Source of the DNA: Candidatus Nanohaloarchaea archaeon
Lineage (GTDB): Archaea; Nanohalarchaeota; Nanosalinia; Nanosalinales; Nanosalinaceae
Reading direction: 5' to 3'
Assembly (NCBI GenBank): GCA_042218325.1
Contig: JBDGRE010000001.1
Location: 132,356-196,355 of the forward strand
DNA length: 64,000 nt
The notes beneath the pieces are model-generated. The model was given only the letters and a program-made list of their open reading frames with translations. It was not told the DNA's origin and searched no databases. How positions within the stretch are numbered: position 1 is the first letter of the stretch; the number at the start of each line of letters is the position of its first letter. Both the position numbers and the translations under genes were made by a program. Shown here piece after piece: positions 8,778 through 17,794 of the stretch.

Positions 8778-9815
8778 CTATCTCACCGGTACATGGTCGA
8801 CGATGTCCTGTATGACGTCCTCGACCTCGATTCCCTGCGCCTCCCCCTCGTAGTTGAGTATGATACGGTGTATGAAAACGTCCTTGACTACCTCCCGGAT
8901 GTCCTCCGGTGTCACGTAGTGCCGGCCGTTGTACACAGCGTTGGCCCTTCCCGCGAGCGCCAGGTTGATGGATGCACGCGGTGTGCATCCCCAGTCGATG
9001 TACTCCGAGTACTCCATGCCGTAATCCTCCGGGTTCCGTGAAGCATCCACGAGGTCGACGATGTACGCCTTGATCTCCTCGTTCACCGTTACGACCTTGG
9101 AGAACTCCTGTACGTCCAGCACGTCCTGCCTCGAGACGACAGCGTTGACATCGAAGTCGTCCTCGTCCATGATGTTGGCGTTCATATCGATGATCTTCTG
9201 CTCGTTGTGCTTCTCCGGGTAGTCAAGGTATATCTTGAACAGGAAACGGTCGATCTGCGCCTCCGGTAGCGGATATGTACCTCCCTGCTCAACCGGGTTC
9301 TGCGTAGCCATGGTGAAGAACGGCTCCGGGAGGTGGAACGTCTCGTCGCCGATAGATACCTTGTGCTCCTGCATCGCCTCAAGCATAGCACTCTGTACCT
9401 TCGGCGGCGCCCTGTTTATCTCGTCGGCCAGGATGAAGTTCGCGAAGATAGGCCCTTTCTCGACGTAGAAACCCTTGTCCTCGTTGTAAGCCTCCGTACC
9501 GACGATGTCCGACGGCAGCAGATCCGGTGTGAACTGGATGCGGTGCATCTCCGTTCCCTCGACAACGCGGGCGAGGGTTTCAACAAGGAACGACTTGCCG
9601 AGGCCCGGAACCCCCTCGAGCAGGATGTTTCCGCCGGCAGAAACGGTCAGCAGTATCTTGTGGATAACGTCTTCCTGTCCGATGAAACCTTTCTGGACTT
9701 CTTTCTCCATCGTCCGCATGATGCCGGCTATCTCCTCGGCTTGCTCGGCTTTTTCCTCGTCAGAAAGGTCGGCGAACTTGGATGCCATCGCATTCAACAG
9801 TTGCGGAGGCCGCAA
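8778..9815 (-). CDS. moxR: MoxR family AAA+ ATPase
   Basis: GVPGLGKS, RIQFTPDLLPSDIVG, ADEINRAPPKVQSAMLEAMQE and ATQNPVEQGGTYPLPEAQIDRF. The true start may be the second Met (MASKF, 9788). Confidence 0.95.
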   Translation of the reverse strand: MRPPQLLNAMASKFADLSDEEKAEQAEEIAGIMRTMEKEVQKGFIGQEDVIHKILLTVSAGGNILLEGVPGLGKSFLVETLARVVEGTEMHRIQFTPDLLPSDIVGTEAYNEDKGFYVEKGPIFANFILADEINRAPPKVQSAMLEAMQEHKVSIGDETFHLPEPFFTMATQNPVEQGGTYPLPEAQIDRFLFKIYLDYPEKHNEQKIIDMNANIMDEDDFDVNAVVSRQDVLDVQEFSKVVTVNEEIKAYIVDLVDASRNPEDYGMEYSEYIDWGCTPRASINLALAGRANAVYNGRHYVTPEDIREVVKDVFIHRIILNYEGEAQGIEVEDVIQDIVDHVPVR

Positions 9816-9884
9816 TAAAAAGATTCCAACCAGGGGTTGTGCAGAAATCCTGAACTCTCATGTGCGTGTATGTTTCTTGTCAAG

Positions 9885-9903
9885 ATAGAAGAAAAAAAGG
9901 AAA
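9885..9903 (-). terminator. Putative oligo-U archaeal terminator after the 9929-11101 gene
   Basis: T-rich tract on the minus strand (TTTTTTTCTTCT) about 30 nt after the stop codon. Confidence 0.45.
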
Positions 9904-9928
9904 TGGAGGGTTCTACGAGCTAACTGCT

Positions 9929-11101
9929 CTATGCAGCGTTGCTCGTCGAGACTACTACTCTGAGGACTCCCTGTGAGACAACTCCCTGCGGGATTCCTCT
10001 CGGTACCATGACCCGGATACCAAGGTTGACTGCCTGGTTAGGGTCAAGCTGGTTGTTGCCAGCAATCAGGTACTGTGAGCGGTCTGCCGAACCGAAGTTC
10101 GCCAGGTCGCTGTAGTCTCCTGCCTCGACGTTGTACCGGGTCCTGATGGTGTGCGGCTTGTCGGTGTCCTGTTGACCGGAGTTACCTCCTGTGTCGCACT
10201 GCGTCAGGATGTCGTAGACACGAATCTGTCCGGATTCACTCGTGTCCTTAAGCGGTACGCCGTTCGTGTTGCTGTCGCTCCCGGCGCCAACGACACCGTA
10301 ATTGTTGCCGGCGTTGTTCGTGATGTTCTGGATGACGTAGTCGCGGCCGGGGATGGTGTTGTAACCTGCGTCTGTTCCTCCGTCAGGACCATTGCTTCCA
10401 TCCGTCGCCGTGAAGTCGACAGGAACAGTGTCCGTCGAGTTGTGCGGCTGCTTCGCGATCAGCAGTGTGTTGAACGTATTGGTGGAGTCACCGTTGCACG
10501 CTCCGTTACCTCCGACAGGGAGGGCCCAGAAGTACTCCTGGTCACCCATACGGAACCTGCCGATTGCTACCTCACTCGCGGATGTAGCGGTAGTACCTGA
10601 CACGTCGACGTAGTAGTCGCCGCTGTCAGGTGCGTGGATGTACTCCGGATTGAGGGAGTTGTTGTAGGCTCCGTAGTCCCTCCTGTTGACGTACGTCCAG
10701 TTGCCGGTGTCTCCCTGTAGAGGGGGAGAGTCAGAGGCCGCTGGCCGTATCTGGAGGAAGTTAGCTGAGTCGAAGCTTGAAGGGTTCGTCGAGCCGTAGA
10801 AAGCGCTCTGGGAAGTCGTCTGTGTCGCGTTCACCCAGACCCTTTCGATTACTCTCGAACCTACGTTCTCAAGCTCTACCGTCCCGAATCCTCTCTCCTC
10901 CTGGGTTTCGTCAGCTGTCTGTCCAGGGTTGAGGCCTGTGTACTTCAACCTCTGTGGGTGAACGTCTATCGCTACTTCGCTGCCGATAGTGACGTTCACT
11001 GTCGCATTTCTCTGCGAGCTGTCTGTTGCTGCTGTTACCGAGGATGTCATCCCTGTGGCAGCTACCAGAACGAGGAGTGCCGCAAAAATCTTGTTCTTCA
11101 T
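9929..11101 (-). CDS. Secreted surface protein, putative major subunit of a donor-strand-type filament
   Basis: Signal peptide, then ATVNVTI...IDV.P..LKYTGLNPG and ENVGS. Ends VMVPRGIPQGVVSQGVLRVVV with no TM anchor. Has a strong SD (GAGGTGA) and its own terminator. Confidence 0.7.
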   Translation of the reverse strand: MKNKIFAALLVLVAATGMTSSVTAATDSSQRNATVNVTIGSEVAIDVHPQRLKYTGLNPGQTADETQEERGFGTVELENVGSRVIERVWVNATQTTSQSAFYGSTNPSSFDSANFLQIRPAASDSPPLQGDTGNWTYVNRRDYGAYNNSLNPEYIHAPDSGDYYVDVSGTTATSASEVAIGRFRMGDQEYFWALPVGGNGACNGDSTNTFNTLLIAKQPHNSTDTVPVDFTATDGSNGPDGGTDAGYNTIPGRDYVIQNITNNAGNNYGVVGAGSDSNTNGVPLKDTSESGQIRVYDILTQCDTGGNSGQQDTDKPHTIRTRYNVEAGDYSDLANFGSADRSQYLIAGNNQLDPNQAVNLGIRVMVPRGIPQGVVSQGVLRVVVSTSNAA

Positions 11102-11418
11102 GTTGTCACCTCGTTTGTGTGGTTTTCGCTAGGTTTTGAAGATAAAACCAGCCCTATAGGGTTCTCAAATCGGGTAAGATGCTGTACAGCGTCCCCGTTA
11201 GCTGGTGAAGAATCATGAAAGTGAAAGCTATGACTAGCCGTGTCAACGCGAGATAGGCTCTCGCACGTGATTTTGGGGAATCTCATGATTGATACCTTCC
11301 ACTTGTCCCCCTCTCCCCCTTGTACGGCGTTTTAGGGAGCCTGTATAAAAAGGTTCGTGGACTCGTCGAGGCCCGTCTAAGATGTATAAAACAGCCTCTA
11401 CATATATTTTAACAGATT
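11102..11418. promoter_or_regulatory. Divergent promoter region with a long structured leader on the minus strand
   Basis: TTTTTATA on the minus strand at ~11344-11351 and TATAAAA on the plus strand at ~11385. Several hairpins/palindromes and a 62-codon upstream ORF (11098-11286). Confidence 0.5.
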
Positions 11419-12513
11419 ATGAGAAAGCTGTTTCTGGCCCTTTCCGTACTGGTTTTCTCGGCTTCTGCCGCTTCACAGTCTATAGGCGTGGCCCCCAGTG
11501 ATTACCAAATGCGGGATGTCAACCCGGGCGAAGAAGTAGACTTCACCGTCTACCTCTCTGTTTCGGGTACTTCCGAGAACTTCACTGTGAAACCGACTAT
11601 GAGTTCTCCGAGTTCCGGTTTCGTGTTCAATGACGAGGGTTTCATAGACGCTGATAGCTACTCGGAGCAGGAGGTGCAATCCTGGATAAACTGGGATAAA
11701 GAAAGCTTCAAGGTCAATCCCAAGACGTCCCAGACCTATACTCTTCCTAACGGCGCTCAGGTGGTGGCAGAGGGCAAGATGGAAGGAACCTTACAGGTCC
11801 CGTCCAGCGCGGAACCAGGATATCACTCCGTAGAGATAGGGATTTCACCACAGTTCCCTCGTGGCTCGGGGTTCGGGGCCTCGATTCTGGGGCTCGCGAG
11901 GATGGACTTCAGCTTCAGGGTACCGGGCCAGGCGGAGAGAAGCGTAGAGATATCTGATTTCTCGGCGCGCCGTGTCGCCGAGGACAGGGTCCAGTTCGTA
12001 TACACTATGGAAAACACAGGTACTGTGACAACAGGGGTCGTAGGCGGGAGTTTCGAGGTAATATCGCAGGGTCGCAGTATAGGTAGCGCTCAGGTCGGTT
12101 CGGCCACACTCTCTCCCGGCGAGGAGAGAAGAGTAGAAACCCTGTGGGTTAAGGACGGGCTTGAAGGGGGAAATTACCGGGTGAGAGGCTCCGCGGATTA
12201 CAGGACCGGCAAGGCTTTCTTCGATGAGACGGTCACGATAACGCAGGCTCCACGGGACCCGATACAGGTCGAAGAGCCGGATAACCAGGACAGGGATGAG
12301 CCTCAGCAGGCTTCTACACCTGTTCTTCTCGTGCTGGTCGCCTTCCTCGGTATAGGTTCCGTTCTCTACGCCTTTGGCTTGGATATGCTGTGGGCGTTCG
12401 TCATAGCCGGTGCAGCAGGAATCGCCATCTTTATAATAACAAGCGGGCTATCTCTCTACATGCTCCTGTTGATGGTTACAGGAGCAGGACTACTGGTATA
12501 TCTCAACTGGTGA
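11419..12513 (+). CDS. Secreted two-Ig-domain protein (DUF916/PapD-chaperone-like) with a three-TM C-terminal anchor
   Basis: Signal peptide, IGVAP...VNPGEEV...VPSSAEPGYH, a second domain with ENTGTV and LSPGEER, and a hydrophobic C-terminus. Confidence 0.65.
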   Translation: MRKLFLALSVLVFSASAASQSIGVAPSDYQMRDVNPGEEVDFTVYLSVSGTSENFTVKPTMSSPSSGFVFNDEGFIDADSYSEQEVQSWINWDKESFKVNPKTSQTYTLPNGAQVVAEGKMEGTLQVPSSAEPGYHSVEIGISPQFPRGSGFGASILGLARMDFSFRVPGQAERSVEISDFSARRVAEDRVQFVYTMENTGTVTTGVVGGSFEVISQGRSIGSAQVGSATLSPGEERRVETLWVKDGLEGGNYRVRGSADYRTGKAFFDETVTITQAPRDPIQVEEPDNQDRDEPQQASTPVLLVLVAFLGIGSVLYAFGLDMLWAFVIAGAAGIAIFIITSGLSLYMLLLMVTGAGLLVYLNW

Positions 12514-12986
12514 TTCGAATCGAAAGGAACACAGTGCTTGCGGTATCTGTCATAACTGCAAGCATCCTCGTTGGACTGGCACCTTTTGTAATAAAGGAGA
12601 CCTCTATCGAAGAGGTAACGGTAACTTTCAACAGCTCTGTCGACGTCCGTGATACAGGTCCAGCCAACATGACAAGTCTGGGTATCAACGCCGGCAAGAA
12701 CTTGAAGTTCGGCGAGATAGAGCAGAACGCCAACTATACAAAGTGGATCAACGTTGGTGTGAACGAGAGAAGCCGCGTGGAGATACGGAGCGAAGGGAAT
12801 ATATCGGAGCTCCTGCGCTACGATCGTGTCAGGTACATGAAGGGGCAGGGCCGGATCCCTGTCGAACTGTTCCCGCACACCACCGGTTACTACGAGGGCA
12901 AGGTCGTCCTGACCGTCTGGAGGCCCAGGAACAGGCTGGGCGAGCTGTATCTCGAGGCCTGGAAGAAGACCGAAGACGTGTTTTGA
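12510..12986 (+). CDS. N-terminally anchored beta-sandwich protein
   Basis: GTG start overlaps the upstream TGA. TM segment followed by LKFGEI...GYYEGKVVLTV. Confidence 0.65.
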   Translation: MIRIERNTVLAVSVITASILVGLAPFVIKETSIEEVTVTFNSSVDVRDTGPANMTSLGINAGKNLKFGEIEQNANYTKWINVGVNERSRVEIRSEGNISELLRYDRVRYMKGQGRIPVELFPHTTGYYEGKVVLTVWRPRNRLGELYLEAWKKTEDVF

Positions 12987-13021
12987 CAACCGGTTTAAAC
13001 CTGGCAGACAGGAATACCTGT

Positions 13022-13417
13022 ATGCGTAAAGGCCTGCTGTCTGTGGCGATAGTCCTGTTTCTTTCGTCCGTCACTGCCCAGGCTACAGGGGCTTTCTTGC
13101 ACAACGGCTCGCTGGAGGTCGAGGACTTTTCGGGTCTTGTGGAGGTCCAGCAGGGTGACCGGACAGAGTTCAACTGGACCAACGGGACGGTGAAGATATT
13201 CGACAGGGATGAGGGCCTGAACATGCCGACGGGTTACATACTGCTTATCCTGGCGTTCCTGCTCGTGGTCATCTACTCGGTGGACATCGATCCTTTCTGG
13301 ATAGCGATACTGCTCTTCATGGTGGCCTTCACTGCGGTAGTTTATTATCTCAAGTGGCCGAAATACGTCATACCTCTGATGCTTATCCTGGTAACGGTGG
13401 TGAAACACTACAGATGA
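13022..13417 (+). CDS. Small secreted protein with three-TM C-terminal anchor
   Basis: ATG 13022 (MRKGLLSVAIV) lies about 25 nt after TTTAAA. The C-terminus resembles that of 11419-12513. Confidence 0.7.
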   Translation: MRKGLLSVAIVLFLSSVTAQATGAFLHNGSLEVEDFSGLVEVQQGDRTEFNWTNGTVKIFDRDEGLNMPTGYILLILAFLLVVIYSVDIDPFWIAILLFMVAFTAVVYYLKWPKYVIPLMLILVTVVKHYR

Positions 13418-14184
13418 AATACCGAATAACTGTTATCGCGCTCCTGGCGCTGTTCATCGCTTCTCCAGCGGCCGCGCTGAGCTTCGACGTGTCGATAGGC
13501 GCTCTCGCAGATACAGAGGCGCATTTCGTCCAGTACCACGAGAACACCTCGGCGGTGCAGGATGTGAACGTATCCGTGGAGAACACCGGTTCGGTAGGAT
13601 GTGTCTACCGCCTCAAGGCAGAGTTCAGGTACCGCAACCAGACGCAGACCCGGTACTCGCGGCCCTATCCGCTGTTCCCGAACGAGATGGCGAACGCCCG
13701 GCTGCATTTCATACCGGAGAACTACACCGGGCCGGTGGAGGCATCGCTCTACTCAACCTACTGCGGCCAGCAGAAATCCGTGGAAAACATAACTTTCAGG
13801 TCCCTGAGGTCCAACACTGCTGAAAACAGTATCGAGTCCCGCGTGGTATCCGCGGACGAGGACTCCGCAACTGTAGAACTTGAAGAATCGGGCGGGCTGC
13901 TTGTCCCGCGCCAGACACCTCCTTACTGGAAGGCCTCCTCCGCCCGTATAAAGGAGGGCCGGGCCACGCTGCGGTACAGCCCGCCGATATTCACAAGGGA
14001 GTTGCTGAACTACACAGTCGTCAGGAACGGGTCGATAACTGGCTACACGACGGTCGACCTCGAAGTGGATAAGACCTACTGGGACCGGCTGCGCGAGAGG
14101 CTTCCCCGGATAATCGGCGTACTGCTCGGCTTTTCGCTGCTGCTGAACGCGAGACTGCTCCGCGACCGGTTCTCCGGTAATTAA
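13414..14184 (+). CDS. Secreted Ig-like protein with C-terminal TM
   Basis: ATGA overlap with the previous gene, signal peptide, VENTGSVGC motif and TM IIGVLLGFSLLL. Confidence 0.75.
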   Translation: MKYRITVIALLALFIASPAAALSFDVSIGALADTEAHFVQYHENTSAVQDVNVSVENTGSVGCVYRLKAEFRYRNQTQTRYSRPYPLFPNEMANARLHFIPENYTGPVEASLYSTYCGQQKSVENITFRSLRSNTAENSIESRVVSADEDSATVELEESGGLLVPRQTPPYWKASSARIKEGRATLRYSPPIFTRELLNYTVVRNGSITGYTTVDLEVDKTYWDRLRERLPRIIGVLLGFSLLLNARLLRDRFSGN

Positions 14185-14220
14185 AGCTTTAAAGCTCGGA
14201 AACACCAACTTTGGTTGTAG

Positions 14221-17208
14221 ATGACAGCGATGCCCTACTTTCTCGCCAGGTCAGTGATCGCCATCTCCGCTCTGATGCTTATCGGCGGGGCCTCCGCGGC
14301 ATCGCTCAACATAGAGGACGGCGACACGGTCATATGGAACAACTCCGACAGCGCCTCTGAGCTGACGCTCGACTGGAGTTCTGATACCGGTCTTGAGAAA
14401 GTAACTATCCGACATGAGTCTGGTAAGGCCCGGAACGTGACCATGGATTCGTATGATGTAACGCGTGGGATGGAGGCTCTGGGCGAGTACGAAGTCTACG
14501 GATGGTACAGCAACGGGAATATGACGAACAGGACAAATTCTGATAGTTTCTTCTTCGCAGGGATCAGGCCTGAGATCCTGAACCCGGACGACCATGACAT
14601 CGGCTACAGGAACCATTTCATGGGAGATGAGTCGAAGGGCGAGCTCTTCAAGGGCGAACCGGTAAGGCTGAATCTAAACGTGAAGGGTCTGGACGGAATC
14701 GAATCTGTAACGGATTACGAGGGTATGGAGAGCCTTGTCTACCAGAAGTCGAACTTCGATTTACCTTTAGTGATACCAAGTTACAGTAATCGACCTCTGG
14801 ATGCTGCACCTTTCGAATGGGAGGATCCGAGCGCGCCGAAGGAACCGAATATACTTCTTCACCCATACGTGCCTGCAGATATAACAGGAGGGAACAAAGA
14901 GATAACTACAACTGTGGAGTATAGCGGGCCCTACGGTGGGTTCTCGGAAAAGGTTTCGACGGATGAAGAGGCTCTTTATGTTACCGGCGTGAGAACGCTC
15001 GGCAAGCAACCTGAAGAAGATATCACGGAATCTCAGATAGGAGAAATATCGCTGCGTATATACGTTGAATCCAAGCACCGTAAACTGATCTCGGAGGGCA
15101 TGTTTGAGGCCCGGCTGGAGGGAAAGAACGGGGAGACTGTAGGCAGGAACGAGGCCAACGTCGATTTCTCCTTGACAGATGTTTCGGGCGAAAAAGGCGT
15201 TTACAGGTTAGAACTGGAAAAATTGCCTGATAAAAAACCCGATAGCGCCGAGTTCGACTTCGAAATCCTGTACGAAGACCCGCTATACTCCGGTCAGCAA
15301 CCGGTCGAGATAGCCTCCTACAACGTTTTCTCTGATTTCGTCAGATTCAGAGGCTATGTCTGGGATTCCCAGAAGCAACCGGTTGGCAGCAGTTTCACAG
15401 TTGATGGTAGAAGCTTCTCGACTAACGGTAACGGTTTTTTCCAGCAGAAGTTTGTACCGGGTGAGTACGATTTCAATATCAGCTTCAAGAAGGGAGGTAA
15501 GACCGCGTCCGTGAATCTTCATGATGTCGAGATGCAATCTCAATACAAACCTGGTAAGACAAAGATAAGGTATGAGTACGTGAATAATCCTTCGGGGGTC
15601 AGGGTTCCCGGCGTCAAACCCATGGACCTTGTTTCTTTCGTGTTCCGTAAACCTTTCGAGCAGACCGGGAGCACCGTCACAATCGACTACTCGGTTTCTG
15701 GTTCTGATCCTACAGAGGTGAGTGTGTTCAGTTGTGATAACTGGGCTATTTCGGACTCAAGATGTCTCTCCAGCTGGAAGAAGGTGGAGAAAACATCGTT
15801 CAGCCCGGGAGGAGGGTGGTCGGTCAGGGCGCCTGCAGAGACATTCGAGGCTAACTATAACGGTAGGCAAAAAGAGATAATGCGTTCGGCTTACGTCATC
15901 GGGACCCGTTCCGGTCTCCGGCTTAACAGCAACTTGAGGCTGGAGGGAACAACCGGTGGCCGGATAGTCGCGGGCAGCGAGCTGTCTGTGAGCGGGCAGA
16001 TACTGGCCGCGGGAGGCAAACAGGTCTCCGGCGTGGATGTACAGGTCGCCATGAAGGACGGCGGCGAGACAGTAAAGACCCTGACGGGTAAGACGGATGA
16101 TTCGGGTTCTTTCACGGTTTCAGGTGACGTGCCGGAGGAACCCGGCAACTTCACCCTTGAGCTGACGGCCTCGAAGAAGCCTTACGACACCTTTACGACA
16201 GAGAAAGATGGTGAGGTCTGGGTCTACAGGGAGAAAGAGCTGGAGTTGCGGAAGAAGGACAGCGGTCGCTGGACGCTTGAACCCGGGAAGAAAAGCAGCA
16301 GGACCGTGGTGGTGGAGAACACCGGACAGGTCAATATCGAGGATATCCAGCTCTCCGTGGCCGGTACCCGGAACATCAATCAGGACTACGTATCGCTCGC
16401 GACCGCCACCCTCGGGAGTTTATCGCCCGGTGAATCAAAGGAGGCGGAAGTCGTGTTCGACCTCCCGGACACCTGTCCCGGTAGCGGCTGCCCCGAGCTC
16501 TCTTCGAGCATCGATCTCCGGGTCACAGGCAGCCATGGAACTGCGGCAACCCTCAACCTTGGCCCGAAGGTAAGCACCGGCAGCGAGACCGGTGAAGATA
16601 GCACGACGAGTGAGAAGACCTCCGAGCAGAAAAACAGATCGGATAACGGTATGAGCTTCTCCACTCCGGAGATCCCGGGCGCGAAGGCCACGGGCCAGTT
16701 TCTCGCCGCCCAGAGCACGGTCAACATCGCTCTCGGCCTCATGTTCATCTTCCTGATGGTGCTGGCTGGCGCCCTCAAGAACAAGGACGATGACGACAGG
16801 ACAGTCAGGAGGAACGTAGTAAGAGGTAGCAATGGCGGAGGGTCACGCCCCGGCGTCCAGCCGCCACGGGTGTCACCGGCGCACCACGACAGCGACTCCG
16901 CCCCCCTCGACGGGCCGAAGACGGTGGAAACCGGCGGCGAGGAAACCGAAACAGGAGAAGTAGAGGAGGAAGAAGACGAGGATGAACAGGCGGCCGGGGA
17001 AGAGACCGGTGGGGAAGCCAGCGGGAAAGGCAAGGTTGACAAGCTCGCGGAGTCACTTACCGGGGAAGCAGATGAAGAGCAGGAAGAGGATGGCGAGAAC
17101 GGTGAGAGCTCAAGCGGTGGAGGGGAGGTTTCAGTCGAGTGCGATATCTGCGGTGAGGAGTTCGACACCGAGGCTGGCGTCAAGATACACAAGCAGACGG
17201 CCCATTAA
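14221..17208 (+). CDS. Large surface protein (multiple Ig/CARDB-like domains, TM, acidic tail, C-terminal C2H2 zinc finger)
   Basis: Signal peptide, VENTGQ...LSPGESK motif, TM at about aa 835-855 and terminal CDICGEEF...IHKQTAH. Confidence 0.8.
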   Translation: MTAMPYFLARSVIAISALMLIGGASAASLNIEDGDTVIWNNSDSASELTLDWSSDTGLEKVTIRHESGKARNVTMDSYDVTRGMEALGEYEVYGWYSNGNMTNRTNSDSFFFAGIRPEILNPDDHDIGYRNHFMGDESKGELFKGEPVRLNLNVKGLDGIESVTDYEGMESLVYQKSNFDLPLVIPSYSNRPLDAAPFEWEDPSAPKEPNILLHPYVPADITGGNKEITTTVEYSGPYGGFSEKVSTDEEALYVTGVRTLGKQPEEDITESQIGEISLRIYVESKHRKLISEGMFEARLEGKNGETVGRNEANVDFSLTDVSGEKGVYRLELEKLPDKKPDSAEFDFEILYEDPLYSGQQPVEIASYNVFSDFVRFRGYVWDSQKQPVGSSFTVDGRSFSTNGNGFFQQKFVPGEYDFNISFKKGGKTASVNLHDVEMQSQYKPGKTKIRYEYVNNPSGVRVPGVKPMDLVSFVFRKPFEQTGSTVTIDYSVSGSDPTEVSVFSCDNWAISDSRCLSSWKKVEKTSFSPGGGWSVRAPAETFEANYNGRQKEIMRSAYVIGTRSGLRLNSNLRLEGTTGGRIVAGSELSVSGQILAAGGKQVSGVDVQVAMKDGGETVKTLTGKTDDSGSFTVSGDVPEEPGNFTLELTASKKPYDTFTTEKDGEVWVYREKELELRKKDSGRWTLEPGKKSSRTVVVENTGQVNIEDIQLSVAGTRNINQDYVSLATATLGSLSPGESKEAEVVFDLPDTCPGSGCPELSSSIDLRVTGSHGTAATLNLGPKVSTGSETGEDSTTSEKTSEQKNRSDNGMSFSTPEIPGAKATGQFLAAQSTVNIALGLMFIFLMVLAGALKNKDDDDRTVRRNVVRGSNGGGSRPGVQPPRVSPAHHDSDSAPLDGPKTVETGGEETETGEVEEEEDEDEQAAGEETGGEASGKGKVDKLAESLTGEADEEQEEDGENGESSSGGGEVSVECDICGEEFDTEAGVKIHKQTAH

Positions 17209-17790
17209 CTACTGTTCTTCAAGTTTTTCTATCGCTTCCCGGTACCATGGCTCGGCTATCTCTCGCGCCTCTTCGCTCGAGATACGTTTGAACATCCAGT
17301 CGTACTTCTCCCGTACGTCCTGTTTCCGGAATACCTTTCCCGTGGCGTCGAGGAAGATATCCACGTTGCACTCGAAGAAGCTGAGGCTGTCCGCGTCCTT
17401 CAAGATGTCCTGTTCAGGGGTTCCGCCCTCCTCGTGTTTCCTTACGAGTTCCCGGACCTTTTCGACCAGTTCCCGGGGTGCGCCCGAGTCTTCGAGGAAA
17501 CTCGCGACTATCTCGGCGCTTCTCTCCTGGTGGCTCTCCAGCCTGTCGGGATCGGTAAAGTTTTTTTTCTCGTGTCGGTCTGCGTTATCGCTTTTATCTT
17601 CTTGCTGCCATCTCTCCGCGTGCTCCATGTCGTGGGCGTAACCCGCTATCTTCAATGCGTCGGTCGCGTCCGGTTCCAGCTGTTTTATCCAGTGCACTGT
17701 CCTGGCTAGATGCTCCAGGTGGTCGGGTCTCCCGGCTTTCCTGAACTCTTCGTCGACGAACTGTTTGACCTTTGAGAAGTAGCCGGTCAT
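17209..17790 (-). CDS. HD-domain protein (DUF4202-like)
   Basis: H...AHDMEH...HQERSA...HE...LKDADSLSFF. Confidence 0.8.
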   Translation of the reverse strand: MTGYFSKVKQFVDEEFRKAGRPDHLEHLARTVHWIKQLEPDATDALKIAGYAHDMEHAERWQQEDKSDNADRHEKKNFTDPDRLESHQERSAEIVASFLEDSGAPRELVEKVRELVRKHEEGGTPEQDILKDADSLSFFECNVDIFLDATGKVFRKQDVREKYDWMFKRISSEEAREIAEPWYREAIEKLEEQ

Positions 17791-17794
17791 TCTA

